Source: Promethearchaeia archaeon
Lineage (GTDB): Archaea; Asgardarchaeota; Lokiarchaeia; Sigyniarchaeales; SOKP01
Length of the DNA: 14,141 nt
Assembly: GCA_029856125.1 (NCBI GenBank)
Contig: JAHQWJ010000144.1
Coordinates: 1 to 14,141 of the forward strand
Direction: 5' to 3'
The notes under the pieces were generated by a model. It was not told the DNA's origin and did no database searches. It saw nothing but the letters and a program-made list of their open reading frames with translations. Shown here piece after piece: positions 6,794 to 14,141 of this stretch. Position 1 is the stretch's first letter. Every line of letters begins with the position of its first letter. Position numbers and translations under genes: made by a program.

Positions 6794-7474
6794 ATGACGA
6801 TTTTAAAGTATCAAGTTTTTGGAGGGAATTCGGTAGGTGTTTACTTAGCTGTAAATAACTCTTATGGCTTATATCCTCCTACTCTAATCGCACCAACAAT
6901 TGAAAAGATTAAAAGGACATTCAGCGAACCTTTTTTTCCTATTTCGATTAACAATTCCAACTTAATAGGAGTATACACCGCAAGTAATAAAAATGGAATA
7001 ATCGTTCCACACATAATTAGAGAAGAAGAACTTCAAACTTTAAAGACGTATACGAACAATTTAAACAGTAATTATCAAATAGGAGTTCTTAAATCTAAAG
7101 ATAATGCATTTGGTAATTTAATATTATGTAATGATAAAGGTGCGATAATTTCTTCTTTCTTAAAGGAGTACAAGAACTTAATTGAAGATATTTTAAATGT
7201 TGAAACCGTAGTTTATGAATATGTAGATATGAATCTTCCCGGATCGATTTCAGTTGCTAACAATAAAGGCTGTCTGGTGCATCCATTAACAACCGACGAA
7301 GAGATCGAAATAATTACCGATATTTTAAAAGTTAATGAAACAGACGTTTCTACTGTAAACAGAGGTATACCTTATCTCGCTTCAGGTACGGTTGTCAACG
7401 ATCGAGGTGGCATCTTTGGTCATCAATGCACGGGTCCTGAAATGATGCGTCTAACTAATGTGCTGATGTTATAA
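6794..7474 (+). CDS. eif6: Translation initiation factor 6 (aIF6/eIF6)
   Basis: VGVYLAVNN, SNLIGVYTASNKNGIIVP, NAFGNLILCNDKGA, GSISVANNKGCLVHP, TVNRG, TGPEMMRL pentein repeats; 226 aa. Confidence 0.97.
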   Translation: MTILKYQVFGGNSVGVYLAVNNSYGLYPPTLIAPTIEKIKRTFSEPFFPISINNSNLIGVYTASNKNGIIVPHIIREEELQTLKTYTNNLNSNYQIGVLKSKDNAFGNLILCNDKGAIISSFLKEYKNLIEDILNVETVVYEYVDMNLPGSISVANNKGCLVHPLTTDEEIEIITDILKVNETDVSTVNRGIPYLASGTVVNDRGGIFGHQCTGPEMMRLTNVLML

Positions 7475-7581
7475 ATCTTACTATCTAAATGTTATCTTTC
7501 ATTCTACAAAAAAAGCAAAATTTAATATTTTTAAAATTATTATCATGTTCAACTTCGTTGATGCGTTGGAAGTGTTAACTT

Positions 7582-7815
7582 ATGTCAGAAAGTGAAATAA
7601 AAATCTTTAGGATCATTGGTACCTATCAAAAAAAGTTCAGAAAATATTTATTTAGAAAGGAAGTTCGAGCTCTAAAGGAAAAAGATGCTTTAGAAAAAGC
7701 TCTGACTCAAATCACCTCGATAGGTATTTTAAGAAGACAAATTAACATTCAAGAAATAAAAGAAATATCTCCTGACGAAGCTCAAGATTATCTAATTCGA
7801 GAATTATCTAAATAG
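7582..7815 (+). CDS. rpl18a: 50S ribosomal protein L18Ae/LX (eL20)
   Basis: KIFRIIG...FRKEVRALKEKDALEK...RRQINIQEIKEI; canonical position between eIF6 and prefoldin alpha. Confidence 0.92.
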   Translation: MSESEIKIFRIIGTYQKKFRKYLFRKEVRALKEKDALEKALTQITSIGILRRQINIQEIKEISPDEAQDYLIRELSK

Positions 7816-7843
7816 ATAATTTTTAAAAAAAAAGTTGATTTGT

Positions 7844-8260
7844 ATGGAAAATAAACAAAATTTTGAACAACAAGTAAATCAGTTTAGGTACCTTAAAGAA
7901 CAAAGAGATATGTTTCAAGGCCAATTTGAAATAATAAATGCTTCTCTTGGAAATCTTTTTACTACTAAACGAACTTTGGATAGTCTTCTTGAAGGAGTTA
8001 ACGAAAACGACGAAATACTAATCCCCATAGGAGGATTAGCAAGCATAAAAGCAACGATTAAAGATACCAAAAATGTTCTTGTGTCTGTAAACCAAGATAC
8101 AGTTATAGAAAAAACTGTCGAAGAAGCCATTGAATTTTTAAGTCAACTTATTGACCAGCACAATACGCAATTAAAATTTCTCAAAGAAAGAATTTTTGCG
8201 TTAGATATGAATCTTCAAGGAATGAATCAAATGCTTCAAAACAGGATGGGACAACAGTAA
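7844..8260 (+). CDS. pfdA: Prefoldin subunit alpha
   Basis: Coiled coils flank EILIPIGGLASIKA...VLVSVNQDTVIEKTVEEAIEFL; conserved position before ftsY. ATG 7844 preferred over TTG 7835. Confidence 0.93.
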   Translation: MENKQNFEQQVNQFRYLKEQRDMFQGQFEIINASLGNLFTTKRTLDSLLEGVNENDEILIPIGGLASIKATIKDTKNVLVSVNQDTVIEKTVEEAIEFLSQLIDQHNTQLKFLKERIFALDMNLQGMNQMLQNRMGQQ

Positions 8261-8317
8261 TTTGTGGTAAACTCTTTTTTATGATTAAATCGATTTTCTA
8301 TTTAAGTGATCTAGTAA

Positions 8318-9220
8318 ATGAAAAAATTAGGTAATATTTTCTCTACTTTCGTTAAAAAAACACTGACATCCGATAATTTAGAAAGCACGTTAAATGAACT
8401 TAATTTACTTTTAATCAGCAATGATGTTGCCACAGAAACTGCTGATGCTCTATGCCAAAAAGTTAGTGAATCTCTGAAAGATGAACAAATAAGTCGTTTA
8501 ACATCAAAAAAAAAGTTTCTTTTTGATATTTTAAGAGAAGTTGTTAAAGAAATTTTAACTCCAGAAAGAGAGATCAATTTAATTGATGAGATTAGGAATG
8601 TCAATAAGCAAAATAAACCCTATGTTATGTGTTTTCTAGGAGTTAATGGAACTGGTAAAACAACAACGATTGCAAAAATAGCTCATTTTCTAAAAAAGAA
8701 TAATATATCTTCCGTAGCAGCAGCAGCAGATACTTTTAGAGCTGCTGCAATAGAACAACTATCCTACCATATGCAGAATGTTGGAATTAGAGTTATTAAA
8801 CACGCATACAAGTCTGATCCTGCGAGCGTTGCCTTTGATGCGATTCAACACGCAAAAGCAAAAAATGTTGATGTCGTTTTAGTAGATACTGCAGGGAGAC
8901 AAGTTAGCAACAAGAATTTGATGAGAGAAATGCAAAAAATCGTGAAGGTGGCCGAGCCTAATCTAATTTTGTTTATTGGCGACAGTCTTGCGGGCAATGA
9001 CGCATTAACTCAAGCAAAAGAATTTAATAAAAGCGTGGGAATAGACGCAAATATCCTAACTAAATTTGATGCTGATGCGAAAGGAGGGGCTGCTTTATCA
9101 ATTTCATATGAAACTAAAAAACCGATTCTTTTTATTGGGGTTGGGCAAGGTTATGACGATCTGGAGCCCTTTAACACTCAATTGTTTATTTCTAATATAC
9201 TAGAAATAGATGAAGATTAG
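8318..9220 (+). CDS. ftsY: Signal recognition particle receptor FtsY (NG domain only)
   Basis: GVNGTGKTTTIAK, DTFRAAAIEQL, DTAGR, TKFDADAKGGAALS, PILFIGVGQGYDDL. Confidence 0.98.
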   Translation: MKKLGNIFSTFVKKTLTSDNLESTLNELNLLLISNDVATETADALCQKVSESLKDEQISRLTSKKKFLFDILREVVKEILTPEREINLIDEIRNVNKQNKPYVMCFLGVNGTGKTTTIAKIAHFLKKNNISSVAAAADTFRAAAIEQLSYHMQNVGIRVIKHAYKSDPASVAFDAIQHAKAKNVDVVLVDTAGRQVSNKNLMREMQKIVKVAEPNLILFIGDSLAGNDALTQAKEFNKSVGIDANILTKFDADAKGGAALSISYETKKPILFIGVGQGYDDLEPFNTQLFISNILEIDED

Positions 9221-9277
9221 AAAAACGATTACCAAACTAACAGTTAAATTTTTTAAATATTTATTTTTAATCTATTT

Positions 9278-9529
9278 GTGTCAAATAATTATCCTAAATA
9301 TGAAAAATATGCAAAGTACGAAAAGGGGAAGAAACTATCCCTTTGGGAACGAATTGGTATGTTCTTTCAAAATTCGAGAAGAATTATCAAAATTGCTAAT
9401 AAACCGGGAAGGAAAGATTATTTTTTAGTTTTTAAGATATGCGCTATTGGAATATTGGTGTTAGGAGTATTATCCTACGTGATTCAGCTTATTTGGACTC
9501 TAATAAATTTCGTTTTAGGAATTCGTTAG
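9278..9529 (+). CDS. secE: Protein translocase subunit SecE/Sec61 gamma
   Basis: RRIIKIANKPGRKDY followed by one C-terminal TM helix (ICAIGILVLGVLSYVIQLI); follows ftsY. Confidence 0.93.
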   Translation: MSNNYPKYEKYAKYEKGKKLSLWERIGMFFQNSRRIIKIANKPGRKDYFLVFKICAIGILVLGVLSYVIQLIWTLINFVLGIR

Positions 9530-9588
9530 AGTTTTTAAATTAAACTTCTTTTCATCTTTAATTAAAATAGATTTTATTGTTGAGTTTT

Positions 9589-10008
9589 ATGAAAGTAACA
9601 TTAACCTATAATAGAGATCTTCATTTCAAAGCTTCTGTAAGACATTTTGATGATTTTAATGTTGACGAGCCCGAATCTTTTCATGGAACAAATTTAGGGC
9701 CAAGCGCGGTAGAATATTTATTAGTCGGTATTGGAGGTTGTTTAGGAACGACATTTATCTATTGCCTTCAAAAAGGGAACATAGAATTAAATGAATGTAG
9801 AGTGTTAATTGATGGTACTTTATCTCATATCGGTCCTAAGAATCGTTTAAAATTAGTTAATGTGGATGTTGAGATGAAATTTTCTGCAAAGGAAACTACT
9901 TCAAAAGAGAGAATTAATAAATGTATAAAAGATTTTAGAGAAAATTGTATAGTAACAAGCTCAATAGCAGAAGGATTACCAATTAAAGTAACTTGCACCC
10001 AGATTTAA
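9589..10008 (+). CDS. OsmC/Ohr/YhfA-family protein
   Basis: DEPESFHGTNLGPSAVEYLLVGIGGC and the second Cys in ENCIVTSSI. ATG 9589 has TTTAATTA about 25-32 nt upstream. Confidence 0.9.
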   Translation: MKVTLTYNRDLHFKASVRHFDDFNVDEPESFHGTNLGPSAVEYLLVGIGGCLGTTFIYCLQKGNIELNECRVLIDGTLSHIGPKNRLKLVNVDVEMKFSAKETTSKERINKCIKDFRENCIVTSSIAEGLPIKVTCTQI

Positions 10009-10064
10009 CACTAAGTAATTAAATTATTAATAATAGAAAAAAAGTAGTAAAAAACTTTTTAGGC

Positions 10065-11246
10065 TCAAAAGAAATAAACTACGACCTGATCAGGTACTCG
10101 TAATTTTTCCTCTTTGTTCTTACATGCGATAAATTTTATTTTCATACTTACTATTAGTGAGATCAATCGTTTAGTGAGAATTCCGTCTATTATAAGAAAT
10201 TGTGTGGATTTAAACTCTTTCATTTTCTCAAAAACTTCTCCTACTGGGAGTTCAAATAGTTTCTCCATACTCTTATTAAATCCAATGCTATATCCTGGTT
10301 CTATTTTCTCAAGGCTATCGGTTATTGCTTTCATATTTTTCACTTTTAACTTCTTAAGCAATTTCTGCAACAGATCACCTTTTCCAGCAGGTTCTTTTTT
10401 CTCTTTGTAATTAGATGTATGTTTATCCCTTGGCGGTTTCTTGTTCTGTAGAGCCTTAACCATTTGTTTACGCGTAAGTTCCTCGACTTCTAAGCCTTCA
10501 GGTGCCCTAGCTACGAAATCAATTTTTGCTAATTGCATCAATTCATTCAAAATAATACTTCCTCCTCTATCACCGTCTAGAAAAGCTATCACGGAACTTT
10601 TTGTTTTTATTAATTTTATAATAGATTTCGGTACTTGTGTGCCCTGGGTTGCAACAGTGTTTTTAACTCCTATTCGTAATAGGTTTAATACATCTGCTCG
10701 ACCTTCAACAATTAATAATTCTTTGCTAGAATCAACATTGGGACCTGCGGGTAAGTTTTCTGGACCCCAAGATGTAATTTCTCCAAGTTTAATACCTGCG
10801 TCGACTTTTTCTTCTATTTCGCTCGGTTCTAAAGTATTCTGATCCCAATTTTTTAATAATTCTGCAGCACGCTCAATAATTTGTTTACGTTTAGATTCTC
10901 TAACATCTCGAATATCTAATAATTCAATTTCAGCTTCACAAGGACCTACACGAGAGACAGTCTCTACAGTCGCCGCCAACAGAGCAGTTTCTTTACGAGT
11001 TAGGCTAGAGGGGATTTTAATGACTCCTTCGGATATTCCTTCCTTAGATTCATTATCAACCTCAATTCTCCCAATACGTCCGGATTTTTGAAGATCCCTT
11101 AAGTCTAAGTCTAAGAGCAGGCCTTCAGTTTGGCCAAAAACTGCTCCCACTATATCTGATTGCGCAACGACACCTTTAATTCTAAACTTTGCTTCGATAA
11201 CATATTTAGTAGTAAAATCTACATTATTACTGGTAATTTTTATCAC
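10065..11246 (-). CDS. dnaG: Archaeal DnaG-like TOPRIM protein (exosome-associated); true start may be ATT at 11237
   Basis: KYVIEA..GVV..SDIVGAVFGQTEGLL..DLRDLQKSGRIGRIEV; TOPRIM motifs IVEGRADVLNL and FLDGDRGG; ARAPEGLEVEEL. Confidence 0.97.
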   Translation of the reverse strand: MIKITSNNVDFTTKYVIEAKFRIKGVVAQSDIVGAVFGQTEGLLLDLDLRDLQKSGRIGRIEVDNESKEGISEGVIKIPSSLTRKETALLAATVETVSRVGPCEAEIELLDIRDVRESKRKQIIERAAELLKNWDQNTLEPSEIEEKVDAGIKLGEITSWGPENLPAGPNVDSSKELLIVEGRADVLNLLRIGVKNTVATQGTQVPKSIIKLIKTKSSVIAFLDGDRGGSIILNELMQLAKIDFVARAPEGLEVEELTRKQMVKALQNKKPPRDKHTSNYKEKKEPAGKGDLLQKLLKKLKVKNMKAITDSLEKIEPGYSIGFNKSMEKLFELPVGEVFEKMKEFKSTQFLIIDGILTKRLISLIVSMKIKFIACKNKEEKLRVPDQVVVYFF

Positions 11247-11755
11247 TCCACTTTTCTATTTAATATTTGATTTTATCAAAGAATTAAAAAATTAATTATA
11301 AACTTATAAAAAGAAGTAAAATCAAACTAATAGATACTGCCTAATGTTAAAACTTTAATTCTAACTAAGATCTTGAATACTTTATCTTCTAAGATAGTTT
11401 TTTTTATCTTTATTAAGCTTGAATTTTGAATCCTTCAGTATATCGTTATAAGTTTGGATAATAATTTTAATTTAATTATTTGATTGAATTTTTTTTTTGA
11501 TTGATATATTTTATTAATTTGTTTAATTGATGATAAATTTTGAAAAATTTGCTAATTCGATTAAAATTTTAATGTATTAATATGAATGGTAAGTTTAATT
11601 TGTAAATAATCAAATTTTTGTTGATTACTATTCAATAAAAATGATTTATTAAATTTATCTTTTGTCAATTTAAGATTAAATGAGAATTGATTTTCATAGT
11701 TATGTTATCTCCATAAAATGCGCTTTTTTATTTTGCGATTATAATTTTAATTGTA

Positions 11756-11941
11756 ATGAGTATATATTGGAACGGTAAATTGGTAAGAGAATTATTTGCA
11801 AAAAATGCAAAAAAAAGAACAAAATACCGAATTACTACTGATATTGGTCGATTTTATTTCTATTTCGAGGAAAATAAGAATTCAGACCAACCCTCTATTT
11901 CTGGAAGATTAGTTTTTTTTCCCCAAAAAAAAAAAAATTGA
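11756..11941 (+). CDS. Small hypothetical protein, possibly frameshifted at an A13 tract (would extend to 11996)
   Basis: 61-codon ORF inside an otherwise stop-rich AT-rich spacer; T-rich TATA-like element about 25-32 nt upstream; no family recognised. Confidence 0.5.
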   Translation: MSIYWNGKLVRELFAKNAKKRTKYRITTDIGRFYFYFEENKNSDQPSISGRLVFFPQKKKN

Positions 11942-11977
11942 TGTCGAATTATTAAAATTCTTGAATTCTAGACTAAA

Positions 11978-12002
11978 TAAATATCATTATTTATGATATT
12001 TA
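11978..12002. repeat. Perfect 10-5-10 inverted repeat upstream of the Get3/ArsA gene
   Basis: TAAATATCAT-tattt-ATGATATTTA, ending about 40 nt before ATG 12042. Confidence 0.55.
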
Positions 12003-12041
12003 ATTTCTAATTTTGAAGAACAAAAAATCTTGTTATTGGCA

Positions 12042-13076
12042 ATGATAGAAAAAATATTAGTTTTAGGTGGAAAAGGTGGAGTCGGGAAAAGCAGCATAAG
12101 TGCTGCAACTGCAGTATTATTGTCAGATTTATTACCTGATAAGAGAATACTCCTCATTTCTTTTGATATGGCACATAATTTATCAGATCTCTTATCAAAG
12201 GATATAGGAAACGCAATTACACCACTTACGAGTAATCTTTGGGCGATTGAGCCTGATGCAAATGATTACGCTGAAAAATATACCAGAGATTTAGTTAAAA
12301 AGATGAAAACGCTCATGAAGCAGATGCCTTTAGTTGGCATGATCCCACAAATCGAAGAATTTATAGATACGACTTTTACTTCAGATTCTATACCCTTGGC
12401 TTTAAAAAATGCCATGTTTTTTCAAAAAATCTTAGACGCAGAGGACATTAATTCTCAAGATGTACAATTTGATATCATTATAGCTGATTTTCCTCCAACT
12501 GCAAACATGATTACTCTTTTTGAAATCCCTGAGGATCAGGTCAAAGTAGTCCTAAAATATTCGTTAAATTTCTACAACTCTATTAAAGGTGCGATGCACA
12601 ATTTTTCGAAGATGTTTAGACAGCTTTTAAAACCTTTTAATGATGATTATGAAAAAAGAAAGGAACTAGGTAAAGAAATTTTTAATATGATGGTTGTGTT
12701 GGAAAAACGTGGTGAGAGAATCTCAGAATTGATCCATACCGTAGGGTCGTTAAGACTAGTTTCAATTGCTGAGAAACCAAGTTTTGAAGAAGTCAAACGA
12801 GCGAGAGATTTGACCAATAAATATATTAATCTCGATGCGGTTCACATTAATATGATAATTCCCAAAAAACACGCGAAGAAGTGCGACTTTTGTGGTCAAA
12901 TTTCCACAATTCAGCAGCGATATTTAGTTGAGATTAAAAGCGAGTTTAAAAATGAAAAAATATGGGAGTCTAATAGACTTAAAGAAGAACCTATTGGTTT
13001 AGATGGGTTAAGAAAATTGGCAAGAGAAATTTATAACGATGCTTCAGCTTATGATATTTTAGATCCCAAAGCTTGA
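12042..13076 (+). CDS. Single-domain ArsA/Get3(TRC40)-family ATPase, divergent
   Basis: GGKGGVGKSS deviant Walker A, SFDMAHNLSD (switch I), DFPPTAN (switch II), CDFC zinc-hinge motif, EPIGLDGL. ATG 12042 preferred over TTG 12030. Confidence 0.92.
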   Translation: MIEKILVLGGKGGVGKSSISAATAVLLSDLLPDKRILLISFDMAHNLSDLLSKDIGNAITPLTSNLWAIEPDANDYAEKYTRDLVKKMKTLMKQMPLVGMIPQIEEFIDTTFTSDSIPLALKNAMFFQKILDAEDINSQDVQFDIIIADFPPTANMITLFEIPEDQVKVVLKYSLNFYNSIKGAMHNFSKMFRQLLKPFNDDYEKRKELGKEIFNMMVVLEKRGERISELIHTVGSLRLVSIAEKPSFEEVKRARDLTNKYINLDAVHINMIIPKKHAKKCDFCGQISTIQQRYLVEIKSEFKNEKIWESNRLKEEPIGLDGLRKLAREIYNDASAYDILDPKA

Positions 13077-13139
13077 ATAATAGAATAAAGTAAGAAAAAA
13101 TTAGAAGTTTTTTAAGAAGTATTAAAATTTAGAGAGGTT

Positions 13140-14141
13140 TTAAGTTCCTTCTTCGTAGCCGTGGATGTAGTTATATTGTTCTTCATTGAGCTTATCTATT
13201 TCTATACCCATTGCTTGAAGTTTCAAGAATCCAACTCTATCGTCAATTTCAACGGGAACCTCTACCATTCCAGGTTTCAAAGAATCTTTGTTCTTGACGA
13301 TGTATTCAGACATGAGAGATTGTAAGCCAAATGACATGTCCATAACTTCTGCAGGATGTCCTTCAGAAAGCACTAAATTGGCCAATCTTCCTTTAGCAAG
13401 CAGATATATTTTTTTGCCATCAGGAAAGGTGATTTCTTCTACATCGTTTCTTATGGGTTTGATTTCCTTAGCATACTCGTAAATCTCCTTGGTGGGGATC
13501 TCAATGTCGAAATGTCCTAAATTACCTAAAATGACACCATCCTTTAAAGCGTCAAAATTCTCTTTAGTAGGTAATATTACATGCTTACAACCCGTAGCAG
13601 TTAGGATAATATCCGCATAAGGCAAAGTTGTTTCTATAGGCATAACATTAAAACCAGCAAATTTAGCTTGAAGAGCTTTTATCGGATCAATTTCAGTCAC
13701 TGTAACATTGGCACCCAAACCTCGTGCTCTAAGGGCCATTCCAGAAGAACAATGACCATATCCCGCTATTACTACATTTTTTCCCGCAAAGAGAACATGC
13801 ATCCCATAGATGGCAGCAACAATTCCTTGTCCTGTACCTAACTCGTTATCAAATTGATTTTTACATCGGGCATCATTTACAGGAAATAATGGGACTTTTA
13901 GATCGCCTGCGGCATCCATTGCTCTGAATCGTTTTACCCCGGTAGTAGTTTCTTCTTGACATCCGATTATTACTCCATCCGTAATTAGTTCAGGAAATTC
14001 TTTATGTGCTGTTACGATCATATCAGCACCATCATCAATAAGGATATTTGGTTTGGCTTTTAAACATTCTCGAATACACCAGTAAAATTCCTCATCTGTA
14101 TTACCATGCCACGCAAATGTATTAATTCCTTCTTTAACCAT
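13140..14141 (-). CDS. ahcY: Adenosylhomocysteinase-family hydrolase (SAH/SIH hydrolase); 5' part outside the window
   Basis: ILIDDGAD, EETTTG, VNDA..K..FDN..GTGQ, VTEIDPIKALQA, GHFDIEI, GRLANL..EGHPAEVMDMSF, C-terminal EGT. The ATG at the window edge is probably internal. Confidence 0.96.
   Translation of the reverse strand: MVKEGINTFAWHGNTDEEFYWCIRECLKAKPNILIDDGADMIVTAHKEFPELITDGVIIGCQEETTTGVKRFRAMDAAGDLKVPLFPVNDARCKNQFDNELGTGQGIVAAIYGMHVLFAGKNVVIAGYGHCSSGMALRARGLGANVTVTEIDPIKALQAKFAGFNVMPIETTLPYADIILTATGCKHVILPTKENFDALKDGVILGNLGHFDIEIPTKEIYEYAKEIKPIRNDVEEITFPDGKKIYLLAKGRLANLVLSEGHPAEVMDMSFGLQSLMSEYIVKNKDSLKPGMVEVPVEIDDRVGFLKLQAMGIEIDKLNEEQYNYIHGYEEGT

Noticed and set aside
763-11442. 12-bp inverted match TATACTGAAGGA (763..774) / TCCTTCAGTATA (11431..11442)
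   Set aside because: It does not extend, and a 12-mer match is expected by chance in 14 kb. No element boundaries or target duplication support it.
11247-11755. Replication origin
   Set aside because: AT-rich, but no ORB-like repeats or G-strings were seen and no orc1/cdc6 gene is adjacent. Archaeal DnaG is exosome-associated rather than an origin marker.
12042-13076. Arsenic-resistance ArsA pump ATPase
   Set aside because: Single domain, only the Get3-type CxxC cysteines, and no ars operon genes in the window.
1042-13076. Selenocysteine readthrough at the TGA stops of nep1, dnaG or the Get3-like gene
   Set aside because: Each TGA falls at the expected family C-terminus, not at a Cys-homologous site. 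nep1 has tandem TGA TGA, and no SECIS-like hairpin was recognised.
7915-13482. ORF-track entries 7915..8130, 8311..8604, 9210..9428, 10114..10410, 10441..10842, 13288..13482
   Set aside because: They overlap well-supported genes (pfdA, ftsY, secE, dnaG, ahcY) antisense or out of frame and have no recognisable motifs.

Overview
AT-rich archaeal chromosomal window. An Asgard/Lokiarchaeia-like origin is inferred from gene content and protein style, not proven. The backbone is the conserved archaeal translation and protein-targeting cluster. On the minus strand, yhbY-rnp4(Rpp21)-nep1-tRNA-Gly(TCC) and a truncated HSL-type esterase diverge from rps19e-PDCD5-rpl39e-rpl31e. A ~2.9 kb interruption follows, holding a stand-alone BRCT protein and a membrane-anchored CocE/NonD hydrolase. 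Next come eIF6-rpl18a(LX)-pfdA-ftsY-secE, an OsmC-family gene, dnaG (minus), a long AT-rich spacer with a small homopolymer-interrupted ORF, a divergent Get3/ArsA-family ATPase and a partial ahcY (minus). The ORF track missed rps19e, rpl39e, the esterase and the tRNA. The most striking signal is apparent initiation at ATT/ATA codons. rps19e has no in-frame ATG/GTG/TTG near its conserved N-terminus, and the BRCT gene and dnaG have ATA/ATT at the expected distance from the best Shine-Dalgarno motifs in the window. No CRISPR array, transposase or integrase was seen.
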